Shown: positions 50,000 to 59,615, numbered from the stretch's first letter. The stretch: DNA of 64,000 nucleotides from Chloroflexota bacterium (GCA_037441345.1 JBBISJ010000010.1:2549-66548), one strand, 5' to 3'. Program-made: numbers and translations. The notes: generated by a model from the sequence alone, not told the origin.

Positions 50000-50656
50000 A
50001 TGGCGGGCCCGAACATCCAGATGCAGTCCACCCGGCAGCAGATACTAGAGTACCTGCAGCGGCACGGCAGGGGAACTGTCAAGGAACTCGGCGGCCTGCT
50101 GGGCCTGACCTCGACCGGCATCCGCCAGCACCTGACGGTGCTGGAGCGCGACGGCCTTGTTGACGCGCGCGAAGAGCGCGGGCGGGTCGGCCGGCCAACG
50201 CTCGTCTACGCGCTGACGGCGAAGGCGGACGGGCTGTTCCCCAAGACGTACGATACGCTGGCGACGGTGCTGCTGGAGGAGCTGCGCGAGGTCGAGGGCA
50301 AGGAGAAGCTGCACCAGCTATTGCAGAAGGTGGCGCGACGGCTGGCCGGCCCCTACCAGGCGCGCATGCACCGCAAGCCCCTGAAGGAGCGCGTGCGGGA
50401 GACGACGGTGATCCTGGAGGAGCAGGGCTGCGTGGCCGACTGGCACGAAGGCGAGGACGGCGACTACTACATCGACGAGTACTCCTGCCCCTTCCCGCGC
50501 ATCGCCGAACGCGACCGCTCGGTCTGCGCCCTGCACGTCGAGTTCGTGCGCACGCTAACCGGCGGCGACACCCGGCTGTCGCGCTCCCTCATGCGGGGGG
50601 AGCGGGCGTGCACGTACCGGGTGCGCGCGGGAGCGGTGGAACAAGGGAACATTTGA
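50000..50656 (+). CDS. SufR-like HTH transcriptional regulator
   Basis: N-terminal HTH (IRQHL..LERDG, GRP..Y.LT) and C-terminal CP...C...C. Confidence 0.85.
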   Translation: MAGPNIQMQSTRQQILEYLQRHGRGTVKELGGLLGLTSTGIRQHLTVLERDGLVDAREERGRVGRPTLVYALTAKADGLFPKTYDTLATVLLEELREVEGKEKLHQLLQKVARRLAGPYQARMHRKPLKERVRETTVILEEQGCVADWHEGEDGDYYIDEYSCPFPRIAERDRSVCALHVEFVRTLTGGDTRLSRSLMRGERACTYRVRAGAVEQGNI

Positions 50657-50842
50657 ACAGTTAATACAAGAAGCGAGACAGGGATCGTGATCGCGCGGTT
50701 CGAGAGGAACACGAGCTATTGTGAGAGAGAACGATTGCCTCCGCTGGTAGAGTTGAGAATAGCGCCGTTTGGATGGCGTGAGTGGCACCCTGACTTCTGA
50801 GGCGGGCGTTGCGGTACACAAAGGGCGTAACGAGGTGGGTAG

Positions 50843-51439
50843 ATGAGGTACAAGGTGTCAGCGGGGATACCGCTCGTTCTCGTCGCGCTGGTGGTGGGCG
50901 TCGCTATCCTGGTGACTTCAGCACAAGGGGAACCTGAGAGAGAGGCCGTTGAACCCGCGCCGACGTTCGTGCCGGGTCTTCCGATTGACACACCACCGGC
51001 CGAGCCAGGGCTTGTCCTCGATTCGCCGGCCGCTGAGGAGGCGGGCGCATGGCTGTCTGTTGCCGACACCGCCTATCACGCCTGTACATCCTTTGGTCTG
51101 CCGAACGACAAGACGCCTGACGCGATGTACCGGACTACTGCCGGCGAAGTCAGGCGGAGGATCTCCGAGGCAGGACTGGGTGTCACTGGCGCGTTGGGAA
51201 GCCCCTGGGGTAATGACGACGACCTGTACATCGTTGGCTTCAGGGGAGACTACAACTACAGGCCAGCCCCGCCGGTGTCAAACGAGGATACGGGAAGGCT
51301 TGAGGAGCCTAAGGCCATCAAGCAGAAGCCAGACATATGCGTCTACTATGGCGATGGGACGGAAAAGGCCCAGTGGGGCACGTTCATCGTTGGAGACAAG
51401 AACCTGTCCGTCGACGTACTGATACTTGCCGACAAGTAG
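50843..51439 (+). CDS. Secreted hypothetical protein
   Basis: Signal peptide/TM helix, GAGG RBS, less GC-biased codons than neighbours. Confidence 0.7.
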   Translation: MRYKVSAGIPLVLVALVVGVAILVTSAQGEPEREAVEPAPTFVPGLPIDTPPAEPGLVLDSPAAEEAGAWLSVADTAYHACTSFGLPNDKTPDAMYRTTAGEVRRRISEAGLGVTGALGSPWGNDDDLYIVGFRGDYNYRPAPPVSNEDTGRLEEPKAIKQKPDICVYYGDGTEKAQWGTFIVGDKNLSVDVLILADK

Positions 51440-51567
51440 ACAGGATTAGCCGGGCGAAGTCCCCGAGATAGTCTGGACCCTGTAGTTACTGAGTGGCACC
51501 GTGCCTGTCCCACCGCTCCTCTGCTCCTCTGCTTGGGCGGGGCACCCGGGGGTGGGATAATCAGCTC

Positions 51568-52236
51568 GTGCTCTGGATCGCGCAGTTCGCCATCAGCGGC
51601 GGGGAGGCCCGCCAGGAGACGCCGTGGATCGGCGCCTATCCGGACAACGGCCGCGCGGAAGACGCCTCCGATCTCTACGTGCTGGTGACGCCTGCCACGG
51701 CGGGCAGCGAAGAGTTCTGTACGGAGCTGAAAGACGCCATCGGCGAGGTGTACCACCGCGAGAAGGTTTCGCTCACCGGGGGCCTGCTGCGGGCGATCGA
51801 CAGCGCGCACGCCGACCTGCAGGAATGGAACCGCCGGTCGCTGCGGGACCAGAAGGTGGCAGCGGGGCTGAGCTGTCTCGCCGCAGACGATGGACGGGCC
51901 TGCCTGGCGCAGGTCGCGCCGGCCGCGGCCGTGCATTACCGCTCGGGCCGCATCGAGATCCTGCGCCCGTCCCTGCCGGAGGCAGCCGAGCCGCTGGGGC
52001 TGTACGACGACCTGCGGCCCGAGTTCACCGCCGTCACGCTCGAGGCGGGGGAGCGGCTGCTCTTCGTCTCGCCGGGGCTGCTGGACCTGCTGTCGCCGGA
52101 CGGACTGCGCGCCGCGCTGTCGCTGGCCGAAGAAGAGGTGTTGCCGGAGCTGTACCGCCAGGTGCGGGGAGCAGGCGACTGCGCGGCGCTGCTGATCGCC
52201 GCGGTGGTGGGGGACGGGGAGCAAGAGAGTCCGTGA
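51568..52236 (+). CDS. Hypothetical protein, possible degenerate PP2C/SpoIIE-like fold
   Basis: EPLG...LEAGERLLFVSPGL pattern; GTG start 6 nt after GATAAT. Confidence 0.65.
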   Translation: MLWIAQFAISGGEARQETPWIGAYPDNGRAEDASDLYVLVTPATAGSEEFCTELKDAIGEVYHREKVSLTGGLLRAIDSAHADLQEWNRRSLRDQKVAAGLSCLAADDGRACLAQVAPAAAVHYRSGRIEILRPSLPEAAEPLGLYDDLRPEFTAVTLEAGERLLFVSPGLLDLLSPDGLRAALSLAEEEVLPELYRQVRGAGDCAALLIAAVVGDGEQESP

Positions 52237-52320
52237 ACACGGGAACAGCGGAGCGCTTGAGCATGATGCCCGGCGCAGGGTAGCTGTTCAATTGTTCGGC
52301 TGTTCCGTTGTCCTGCGCCC

Positions 52321-53313
52321 ATGACGCTCCTCCTCGGCATCGAGACCTCCTGCGACGAGACCGCGATCGGCGTCGTCGAGGACGGGCGGGTTATGCGCTC
52401 AAACGTCGTGGCGTCTCAGATTGAGCTGCACGCGGAATACGGCGGCGTCGTTCCCGAGCTGGCCTCGCGCAAGCACGTGGAGGCGATTATCCCGGTCCTC
52501 GATGAGGCACTCTCGGGCGCCGGCTGCACACTCGGGGGGCTCGACGGGATCGCCGTGACCTACGGGCCGGGCCTCGCAGGCGCGCTGCTGGTCGGGCTGA
52601 ACTTCGCCAAGGCGCTCGCTTACGCCGCCGGCCTGCCGTTAATTCCGGTCAACCACCTGGAAGGGCACATCTACGCCGCCTGGCTGGACCGGGCCGAAGC
52701 GCCGGAGTTCCCGGCGCTCGTCCTCATCGTCTCCGGGGGGCACAGCGACGTCGTCCTGATGGAGGGGCACGGCCAATATCGCCGGCTCGGCCAGACGGTG
52801 GACGACGCGGCCGGCGAGGCGTTCGACAAGGTAGCCCGGCTGCTGGGGCTCGGTTTTCCGGGCGGCCCGGCGATCGACCGGCTGGTGGCCGGGTCGCGCG
52901 CGCTGGCCGTGCGGCTGCCGCGCGCGCGGCTGGACGGCGAGTACGACTTCAGCTTCAGCGGCCTCAAGACGAAGGTGCAGCGGATCGTCCGCGGCGAGGA
53001 GGGCGAGACCCCGGACACGGCGGAGCTGGCGGCGGCTTTCCAGGAGTCGGTCGTCGACTCGCTGGTCACGAAGACCGTACGGGCCGCCGAGGACCACGAG
53101 GCGCGGCAGATCGTGCTGTCCGGGGGCGTTGCTGCGAACACGGCGCTGCGGGCGGAGCTGGTGGCGCGGTCTCGCGTGCCTGTCCTCGTGCCGCCGCCCT
53201 CCCTCTGCACGGACAACGGGGCGATGATCGCCGCCTGCGGTTATCACCGGCTGGCGGCCGGGGTCGCGGCGCCGCTGGAGCTGGATGTCGAGCCGGGCCT
53301 GAAGATCGGCTGA
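52321..53313 (+). CDS. tsaD: tRNA threonylcarbamoyltransferase TsaD
   Basis: LGIETSCDET, GGVVPELASRKH, HLEGH, SGGHS, DDAAGEAFDK, TDNGAMIA. Confidence 0.97.
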   Translation: MTLLLGIETSCDETAIGVVEDGRVMRSNVVASQIELHAEYGGVVPELASRKHVEAIIPVLDEALSGAGCTLGGLDGIAVTYGPGLAGALLVGLNFAKALAYAAGLPLIPVNHLEGHIYAAWLDRAEAPEFPALVLIVSGGHSDVVLMEGHGQYRRLGQTVDDAAGEAFDKVARLLGLGFPGGPAIDRLVAGSRALAVRLPRARLDGEYDFSFSGLKTKVQRIVRGEEGETPDTAELAAAFQESVVDSLVTKTVRAAEDHEARQIVLSGGVAANTALRAELVARSRVPVLVPPPSLCTDNGAMIAACGYHRLAAGVAAPLELDVEPGLKIG

Positions 53314-53366
53314 GAGCATGGGAGCAAGAGAGCAGTTGTTCAATGCTCCCATGCTCTCCTGTTCTC
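53312..53366. repeat. 8-nt periodic repeat hairpin between convergent genes
   Basis: Perfect 15-bp IR GAGAGCATGGGAGCA / TGCTCCCATGCTCTC. Confidence 0.75.
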
Positions 53367-54528
53367 ACGAAAGCGGGCACTTTCCGCAGCCGCCCTGGCT
53401 GCAGTACTGGCGAAGGAGATAGAGCATCCCCTGCTGCCGCTGGGTGTTGACACGGACCGCTTCCCCGGCGGCCTCGTGCAGGTGGCGGACGGCGCCGTAG
53501 CGCGCCGTCAGGGGCAGGCGGGCAAACTGTGCTTCGTAGCGGCGGGCGGCCGACTCCCCGCAGAGGGCGGCGGCGAGCGGCAGGACGGCGTTTGCAGTGA
53601 TTTCGGCCGCCCGGGCGCGTCCGACCAGGCGCGGCACAGTGAGCGCTGCGATTGTGGTTTCGGGCGACTCGTCCTCGTCCAGCGGCGCCAGAAGCGCCGC
53701 GGCGACGCCACCCCGCTCCAGGAAGCGTGCCACCAGGGCAGCTGCCCCTTCGATCCGCCGCTCCGGCCGGTTGCCGGGACGGAGTCCCGCCTGCCACAGC
53801 GCGTTCGGTTGCGCGGCAAGCCAGGTCGAGCGCAGGACCCACGCCGCCGCTTTCGCTCCGCCGGCGCGGACGGCGTTTGCGACCGCCTGCCAGGGCGCGG
53901 CTTCCGCGACGCACCGCATCTCCTCTCGCGCCCCGCCGTAGCCCAGCGCTTCCAGGAGCCCGGACCAGAGCGCCTGCTCCGGCTCTTCGCCGGCGGCAAG
54001 GCGCTTCGACCAGGCTGCCGACTTCTGGCGGAAGCGCATCAGGCCCAGCCTGTCCAGGGTTTTAGTTACGGCGCCGGCCCCGGAGCGGGCGACCGCGTCG
54101 CGGCAGGGTTCGCCGAACGGGGCCCTGCGGCCGTTCGCTTCCCGGCCGAGGACGAGGACGGGGGCGCGGCCGCCCCCGGGCAGCGGTGTTTCACCACCGT
54201 CATCGCCGATGAAGACGACGTGCAGGGCGACGTCGCCATAGGCCGGGTCAAGGTGGTGGCCGTGACGGCGGAAATCGCTCGCCCGCACGTGCAGTTCGAT
54301 ATCGCCCTGGACCGGGACGCCCCCGAGGACGAGGACGGCGTCCCGGAAGTCCGGCCCCGCGCCCGGCCCGGGGCGGCCCCGGTAGACGACGCGCAGGGGC
54401 AACCCCCCGGCGGTCGTCAGGCCCCGCCTTGTGAACGACTGATCGCGCCAGATGTCCGACAGTTCGCGCTCCAGCGGGCGGAGACGCGCCACGGGCGCCG
54501 GGGGGTTGCTAACCGCCGGCATCGCCAC
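53365..54528 (-). CDS. DUF2851 family protein
   Basis: GPDFRDA, GDIELH..ASDF..HGHHLDPAY..V.LHVV, C-terminal YC....C..CP. Confidence 0.82.
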   Translation of the reverse strand: MAMPAVSNPPAPVARLRPLERELSDIWRDQSFTRRGLTTAGGLPLRVVYRGRPGPGAGPDFRDAVLVLGGVPVQGDIELHVRASDFRRHGHHLDPAYGDVALHVVFIGDDGGETPLPGGGRAPVLVLGREANGRRAPFGEPCRDAVARSGAGAVTKTLDRLGLMRFRQKSAAWSKRLAAGEEPEQALWSGLLEALGYGGAREEMRCVAEAAPWQAVANAVRAGGAKAAAWVLRSTWLAAQPNALWQAGLRPGNRPERRIEGAAALVARFLERGGVAAALLAPLDEDESPETTIAALTVPRLVGRARAAEITANAVLPLAAALCGESAARRYEAQFARLPLTARYGAVRHLHEAAGEAVRVNTQRQQGMLYLLRQYCSQGGCGKCPLS

Positions 54529-54763
54529 GATCCTGCCCGGACCCGTACTCGAAGCCTGCTCTTTCGGCCACGAGCGAAAGCAGCTTCGCGGACGCCCCGC
54601 GCGGCCGGTAGCGGCCGGTCTCCCACTCGCTCACGGTCTGTTGCCGGATACCCATCTCCAAGGCGAGTTCGCCCTGGCTCAGCCCCAGGTGCTTCCTGAG
54701 CGCCCGCACGCCCGCGCCGTCCCAGGCCGGCCGGGTGCGGTACTCCGCCCTTTCCTCACTCAT
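54509..54763 (-). CDS. XRE family HTH regulator
   Basis: VRALRKHLGLSQGELA...QQTVSEWETG...P; ATG 7 nt after TAAACT. Confidence 0.9.
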   Translation of the reverse strand: MSEERAEYRTRPAWDGAGVRALRKHLGLSQGELALEMGIRQQTVSEWETGRYRPRGASAKLLSLVAERAGFEYGSGQDRGDAGG

Positions 54764-54767
54764 CGCC

Positions 54768-54797
54768 GCCAGTTTACACGATTCCGTGTAAACTGGC
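54768..54797. promoter_or_regulatory. Perfect inverted repeat (operator) over the XRE gene promoter
   Basis: GCCAGTTTACACG-ATTC-CGTGTAAACTGGC, 13-bp arms. Confidence 0.75.
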
Positions 54798-54897
54798 CAG
54801 TCCCAGCGCAGCCCTGAACCCTCAACCCTCGACCCCCAACCCCCGCGGACATAAAATGTCCTCATCCACCCGATCAGGAAAGGTAATTTCTCGTTCT

Positions 54898-55473
54898 ATG
54901 GATGTCATCTTCCGCGGCCAGCACCTGGCCATCGCCGACGATTTCCGCCAGCACGCCAGCCAACACCTCCAGAAGCTGTCCCGCCATCTCCCCTTTGCCG
55001 ACCACGCCATCGTCGATGTCCGCCGTGAAGCGAAGGGTGCCGAGGGCCGGTACGTCGTCCAGCTTACGGTCAGCGCCAACGGCACGTTCCTGAGGGCTGA
55101 AGAGCGAAACTACGACATGATCGCCGCCGTCGACGCCGCGGCCACCGCACTGGACCGCCAGGCGATCCGGTTCAAAGAGCGCCGGGTCCTGCGTGGCGAG
55201 CGACGTGTCGACAGCGAGAGTTTGCTCGCCGGCGGCGAGTCGCTACCAGAAGCGCGCCCCCCGCTTCCCCCGGACACGGAGATCGTTGAAGGCCGAGTCG
55301 TGCGGCTGAAGCGCTTCCCGATGAAGCCGACCACTGAGGCGGAGGCGATCGAGCAGATGGAGCTTCTGGGCCACGACTTCTTCCTCTTCCACGACGCCGA
55401 CCGGGACGAGATGGCCCTCCTCTACCGCCGCCGGGACGGCGACTACGGCCTGATCCTCAAGGAAGCGCCCTGA
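54898..55473 (+). CDS. hpf: Ribosome hibernation promoting factor (long HPF)
   Basis: LRAEE...AAVD...LDRQ; KRFPMKP...EAIEQMELLGHDFFLF...YRRRDGDYGLI. Confidence 0.95.
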   Translation: MDVIFRGQHLAIADDFRQHASQHLQKLSRHLPFADHAIVDVRREAKGAEGRYVVQLTVSANGTFLRAEERNYDMIAAVDAAATALDRQAIRFKERRVLRGERRVDSESLLAGGESLPEARPPLPPDTEIVEGRVVRLKRFPMKPTTEAEAIEQMELLGHDFFLFHDADRDEMALLYRRRDGDYGLILKEAP

Positions 55474-55498
55474 CAACGGCCTGAGCGGGGAACGCCGT

Positions 55499-56632
55499 AT
55501 GCGCGCGGCGCTTGTCATCTTCCTCGGCGGGTTCGGCGGTTCGCCCGCCGAGCGCCTGGTCGACGGAGCGCGGCTGAGCGCGACGCTCGATTCGGCCGCC
55601 GCATGGGAGGACGCCAGCGGTTCGGCATCGCGCACAATCGTCGTCACTGACGACGCCGGCATCATCAACCGGGCGGACATCCCGCCGGGGGTGATCATCG
55701 ACGCCGATCCGGGGCCGTTCCACTTCGGGCGGCGGCTCGCGGGCGTAGTCCGCCGCCACGGTCCGGAAGCTGTTGTCTGCATGGGCGGTGGCAGCCTGCC
55801 CTTCTTCGGGCCCGCGGAGTTCGCCGGCTTCGCTCGCCGGGTCGCGGCAGGCCTCGCCGTGACCAACAACGCCTATTCTTCCGACATCGTCGGCTTCCCG
55901 TTGAGCGAACGGGCTCTCGACGTCGTAGAGGTGTGCAGCCGCGACAATTCGCTGGCCCGGGCGCTGCAGGAGCAGGCCGGCCTCGGTCTTGACGAACTGC
56001 CCCGGACGGTGGCGTCCCAGTTCGACATCGACGCACCGTCGGACGTCGCCATCCTCGCTCTGGCGGTGAGTTGTGAGACGGGGCCGCGGACCGGCCCCCG
56101 GCTCGCCGCGTACCTCGCGTCGCGCGATATCGATCTCTCCCGGTACCGCGCCGCCCTCCCCCTCTTCCCGGACCGGTCGAAGCAGTTGCTAATCGCCGGG
56201 CGCGTGGGCAGCCACGCCTGGGGCTACCTGGAGAGGGAAACTGCCTGCCGCGTCCGCCTCTTTGCTGAGGAGCGCGGAATGGAGGCGGACGGACGGGCGG
56301 AGGCGGGGACGGCGCGGTCGCTCCTCGGGTACCACCTGGAGGCGGTGGGCCCGCACCGCTTCTTCGAGACGCTGGGCGAGCTCGGAGACGCCGCCTTCAT
56401 CGATAGCCGCGTAATCCTCGCCCACGGCCGCATCGCCGCGTCCCGCGAAGACCGCTTCCGCTCCGACCTCGGGCAGTGGCAGGAGGTCGGGGACACGTTC
56501 CTGCGGGAGTTCACCCGCGCGGCTGCGGAGGCGCCCATCCCCGTGGTCCTCGGCGGCCATTCGCTGATGTCGGGAGGGCTGATGGCGCTGAACGAGCTGG
56601 CGTGGGCGCTGCGGGACGGGGGCGGGCTCTGA
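55499..56632 (+). CDS. Hypothetical protein (possible CofC/nucleotidyltransferase-like fold)
   Basis: FDIDAPSD motif; typical codon usage. Confidence 0.7.
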   Translation: MRAALVIFLGGFGGSPAERLVDGARLSATLDSAAAWEDASGSASRTIVVTDDAGIINRADIPPGVIIDADPGPFHFGRRLAGVVRRHGPEAVVCMGGGSLPFFGPAEFAGFARRVAAGLAVTNNAYSSDIVGFPLSERALDVVEVCSRDNSLARALQEQAGLGLDELPRTVASQFDIDAPSDVAILALAVSCETGPRTGPRLAAYLASRDIDLSRYRAALPLFPDRSKQLLIAGRVGSHAWGYLERETACRVRLFAEERGMEADGRAEAGTARSLLGYHLEAVGPHRFFETLGELGDAAFIDSRVILAHGRIAASREDRFRSDLGQWQEVGDTFLREFTRAAAEAPIPVVLGGHSLMSGGLMALNELAWALRDGGGL

Positions 56633-56647
56633 TACCCTGCACCTCGT

Positions 56648-58078
56648 ATGACCGCCGCGCAGTTCGCCGAAATCGACGCTATCTTCAACCCCCGGTCTGT
56701 TGCGGTTGTCGGAGCTTCGTCCAACCCGGACACCCCCGGCTACGACTATCTGGCGTCGATCCTGGAGTTCGGCTACAAGGGCCGCCTCTACCCGGTCAAC
56801 CCGAAGGGAGGTGAGATCCTCGGCCTGCCGGTGTACAGGTCGCTGGACGAGGTTCCGGGCGACGTCGACTATGTGATCTCCTGCATCCCGTCGGAATACA
56901 TCCTGGACCTCGTTCGCGACGCGAGCGAGCGGAGCGTCAAGGCGATCCAGCTCTTCACAGGGCGCTTTAGCGAGACGGGCAGGCAGGAAGGCGTGGACCT
57001 GGAGCGGCGCCTCCTCGACGCAGCGCACGCCGCCGGGGTCCGGTTGATCGGCCCCAACTGCATGGGGGTGCTCAACCCCGCACACGGCCTGTCGTTCCGG
57101 CGGGACATGTCACACACGCCGGGAGCCGTCGGCTTGCTTTCGCAGAGCGGCAACCTGCTCTTCGAGATCACGCACTTCGGCGAGCCGCGCGGCCTCTACT
57201 TCTCGAAGGCGGTCTCGTATGGCAACGGGGTTGACCTGGACGAGAGCGATTTCCTGGGGTACTTCGCCGGCGACCCCGAAACGAAGGTGATCGGCGCGTA
57301 CCTGGAAGGCGTGCGGGACGGTCAGCGCTTCCTGAAGGCTCTCAGGGGCGCGGCTGCCCGGAAACCGGTGGTGGTACTCAAGGGCGGCCGGACCGCGGCG
57401 GGCGGCCGGTCGGCGGCGTCGCACACGGCGGCGCTGGCCGGCGCGGGGCCGGTCTGGGAGGCTGCGCTCAGGCAGTCGGGCGCGCTGGCGGTGGCGACGG
57501 TCGAGGAGCTGGTCGATGCCCTGATCGCCTTCTCGTACATGCGGCTGGATGGGGCCGCGGGCAACCGGCTGGGAATGGTCGGCGCGGGCGGCGGGCGCTC
57601 GGTCCTGACCGCCGATCAGTGCGAGGAGCTGGGGCTGAGCGTGCCTCCTCTGCCGCCGGACTTGGGCGCCAGGGTGGCGGAGCGGGCGCCGCACCTGGCG
57701 GGCTGGGTAACGAACCCGGTCGATCAGTCGATTCTGGCCGGGAGCGGTCTCGGCGGTGGGCAGGTGCTGGAATGGTTCGACGAGAGCCCGGAGATCGACC
57801 TCCTCCTGGCCAACATGAACGAGGCGTGGGCGTTCGGCCGGCCGAACGCCGCTGAGATCCTCTCACGCATTGCCGATCGCTTTATCAAGGTGGCGGCGTG
57901 CACGCGAAAGCCGTTCGCCGTCGCGCTCGGCCCGTCCGACTACCCGGACGAGGAGCGGCGCCGACTGGTGTCAGACCTTCGCGACCGGCTTGTGGCTGCG
58001 GGCGTCGCGACCTTCCCGAGCGTCGAGCGCGCAGTCAGGGCTCTCAGCGCCCTCTGCAGCAGCCGCCGGCGGGCGTAG
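56648..58078 (+). CDS. Acyl-CoA synthetase (NDP-forming) alpha-type CoA-binding subunit
   Basis: PRSVAVVGAS, YPVNP, IGPNCMG, SQSG, SHTAALAG phospho-His. Confidence 0.92.
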   Translation: MTAAQFAEIDAIFNPRSVAVVGASSNPDTPGYDYLASILEFGYKGRLYPVNPKGGEILGLPVYRSLDEVPGDVDYVISCIPSEYILDLVRDASERSVKAIQLFTGRFSETGRQEGVDLERRLLDAAHAAGVRLIGPNCMGVLNPAHGLSFRRDMSHTPGAVGLLSQSGNLLFEITHFGEPRGLYFSKAVSYGNGVDLDESDFLGYFAGDPETKVIGAYLEGVRDGQRFLKALRGAAARKPVVVLKGGRTAAGGRSAASHTAALAGAGPVWEAALRQSGALAVATVEELVDALIAFSYMRLDGAAGNRLGMVGAGGGRSVLTADQCEELGLSVPPLPPDLGARVAERAPHLAGWVTNPVDQSILAGSGLGGGQVLEWFDESPEIDLLLANMNEAWAFGRPNAAEILSRIADRFIKVAACTRKPFAVALGPSDYPDEERRRLVSDLRDRLVAAGVATFPSVERAVRALSALCSSRRRA

Positions 58079-58088
58079 CGGGCGCCCC

Positions 58089-58613
58089 CTAGAACGGATA
58101 ACCCTTCGCGCCCTGTATCCCCTTGAGCGCGGACACCTCGCCGCAATGGTTGGACAGGTGCACGACCGCCGCCAGCGAGATCATGCTCGCCACCGTCTGC
58201 TTGCCGAAGCCGGGCGGCTCCATCTCGCGGGAGAGGTCGTCCTCGGTCAACGTGTCGACCCAGTCCAGGGTGTTCTGAAAGACGGCCTGCGCGTACTGCT
58301 GGAGCTGTGGCAGGTCCACCTTCACGCTGTTCGCCCAGGCGAAGAGCTTCTCCGCTGAGCGGTCCATCGGCGCGGGCTCGCTGATGCCGGCCTTGCCGGC
58401 CCACTCCCCCATGATCAGCGGCTGGGTGCCGCGCGCGAACATGTTGATAATGAGGTCTTCAGCCAGGGCGATGTGCGCCAGCGTCGCGCCGATCGGGTGG
58501 GCCTTTCCGCCGGGGAGTGCGTCCGCCTGCTCCTGGCTGACGTCGGCGCGGGTCCCATCAAGGAACATGTGGGCCATGTTGATCTGGCTCTTCAGCAGTT
58601 CGATAGCGTTCAC
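58089..58613 (-). CDS. DinB family protein
   Basis: LAHIALAED...HLSNHCGE; GTG start after GGAGGGAG; TATAAT upstream. Confidence 0.85.
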   Translation of the reverse strand: MNAIELLKSQINMAHMFLDGTRADVSQEQADALPGGKAHPIGATLAHIALAEDLIINMFARGTQPLIMGEWAGKAGISEPAPMDRSAEKLFAWANSVKVDLPQLQQYAQAVFQNTLDWVDTLTEDDLSREMEPPGFGKQTVASMISLAAVVHLSNHCGEVSALKGIQGAKGYPF

Positions 58614-58695
58614 CGGGGCTCCCTCCATATCTATCTTCCGTTTGGCTGGCGCGAATTATATGCGAAGCGCGCGCTGACCGGTCAAGACGCGCCGG

Positions 58696-59613
58696 TCACA
58701 CGCCGGCGTAGCTGTGGAGGCCCGAGACCCAGAGATTGACCACGAAGTACGTAAACAGCACGGCGGCGAAGCCCAGGACCAGCACGACCATCGACCGCGT
58801 CCCGGCCCAGCCGCGCAGGCTGTGCGTGTGCAGGAAGATCCCGTAGATCAGCCAGGTCACGAGGGCGCTCGTCTCCTTGGGGTCCCAGCCCCAGTAACGC
58901 CCCCAGGCGGAGTTCGCCCAGTAGGCGCCGAGGGCAATCCCGGCGGCGAGGATTGGAAAGCCGGCCATCACGCTTTTGTAGGCGATCTCGTCCAGCGTCC
59001 GAGTCTTCGGCAGCCGCGCGAAGCGGTTCTCCTTGCCCTGCGCCAGGTACAACACCGCCGCGGCGAACGAGACGCTGAGAGCGGCGTAGGCGATGATCAT
59101 CGCCGCTACGTGGATGGCGAGGAGGTCGGCGTTCTGCAGCGCCGGCACGAGGGGGCGGACATCGTCCGGGAAGAAGGCGACGCTGACCGCAAGCATCGCG
59201 AACACCACGGGAAGGGCGACGGTGCCCAGGCCGCGGACCGGGCGAGCGCCACCGCCGCGCCCGTAGATCCACTCAAAGGCGAGATAGGAACCGAGAATGC
59301 CCGTCGCGAAGGCCACGGTGAACTCGTACATGTTCGACCAGGGCGCGTGGTCCACCGCCTGCCAGCGCGTCAGCAGCGCGGCGACGAGCAGAGCGAGAGC
59401 TACCCGGGACGCTCCGGCGGCTAACCCGCCCGCAGAGGGCGTCTGCGGCTCGCCGGCGGACTCCACCGCCGCCACCACGGGGCCACTACCGGCGGCCGTC
59501 GCCATCCGGTGCATCACGAGCCGCAGTCCCAGCGCCTGCACGATGTAGAGAAGCGAAGCCGCGCCGGTGGCGATGAGCGCCAGCCAGACCGCGGCGCCGC
59601 TGAGCGACTCCAC
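58696..59613 (-). CDS. ccsA: Cytochrome c biogenesis protein CcsA/ResC
   Basis: HAPWSNMYE, PALQ..LAIHV, WANSAWGRYWGWDPKET, GLHSYA. Confidence 0.95.
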   Translation of the reverse strand: MESLSGAAVWLALIATGAASLLYIVQALGLRLVMHRMATAAGSGPVVAAVESAGEPQTPSAGGLAAGASRVALALLVAALLTRWQAVDHAPWSNMYEFTVAFATGILGSYLAFEWIYGRGGGARPVRGLGTVALPVVFAMLAVSVAFFPDDVRPLVPALQNADLLAIHVAAMIIAYAALSVSFAAAVLYLAQGKENRFARLPKTRTLDEIAYKSVMAGFPILAAGIALGAYWANSAWGRYWGWDPKETSALVTWLIYGIFLHTHSLRGWAGTRSMVVLVLGFAAVLFTYFVVNLWVSGLHSYAGV

Positions 59614-59615
59614 CG

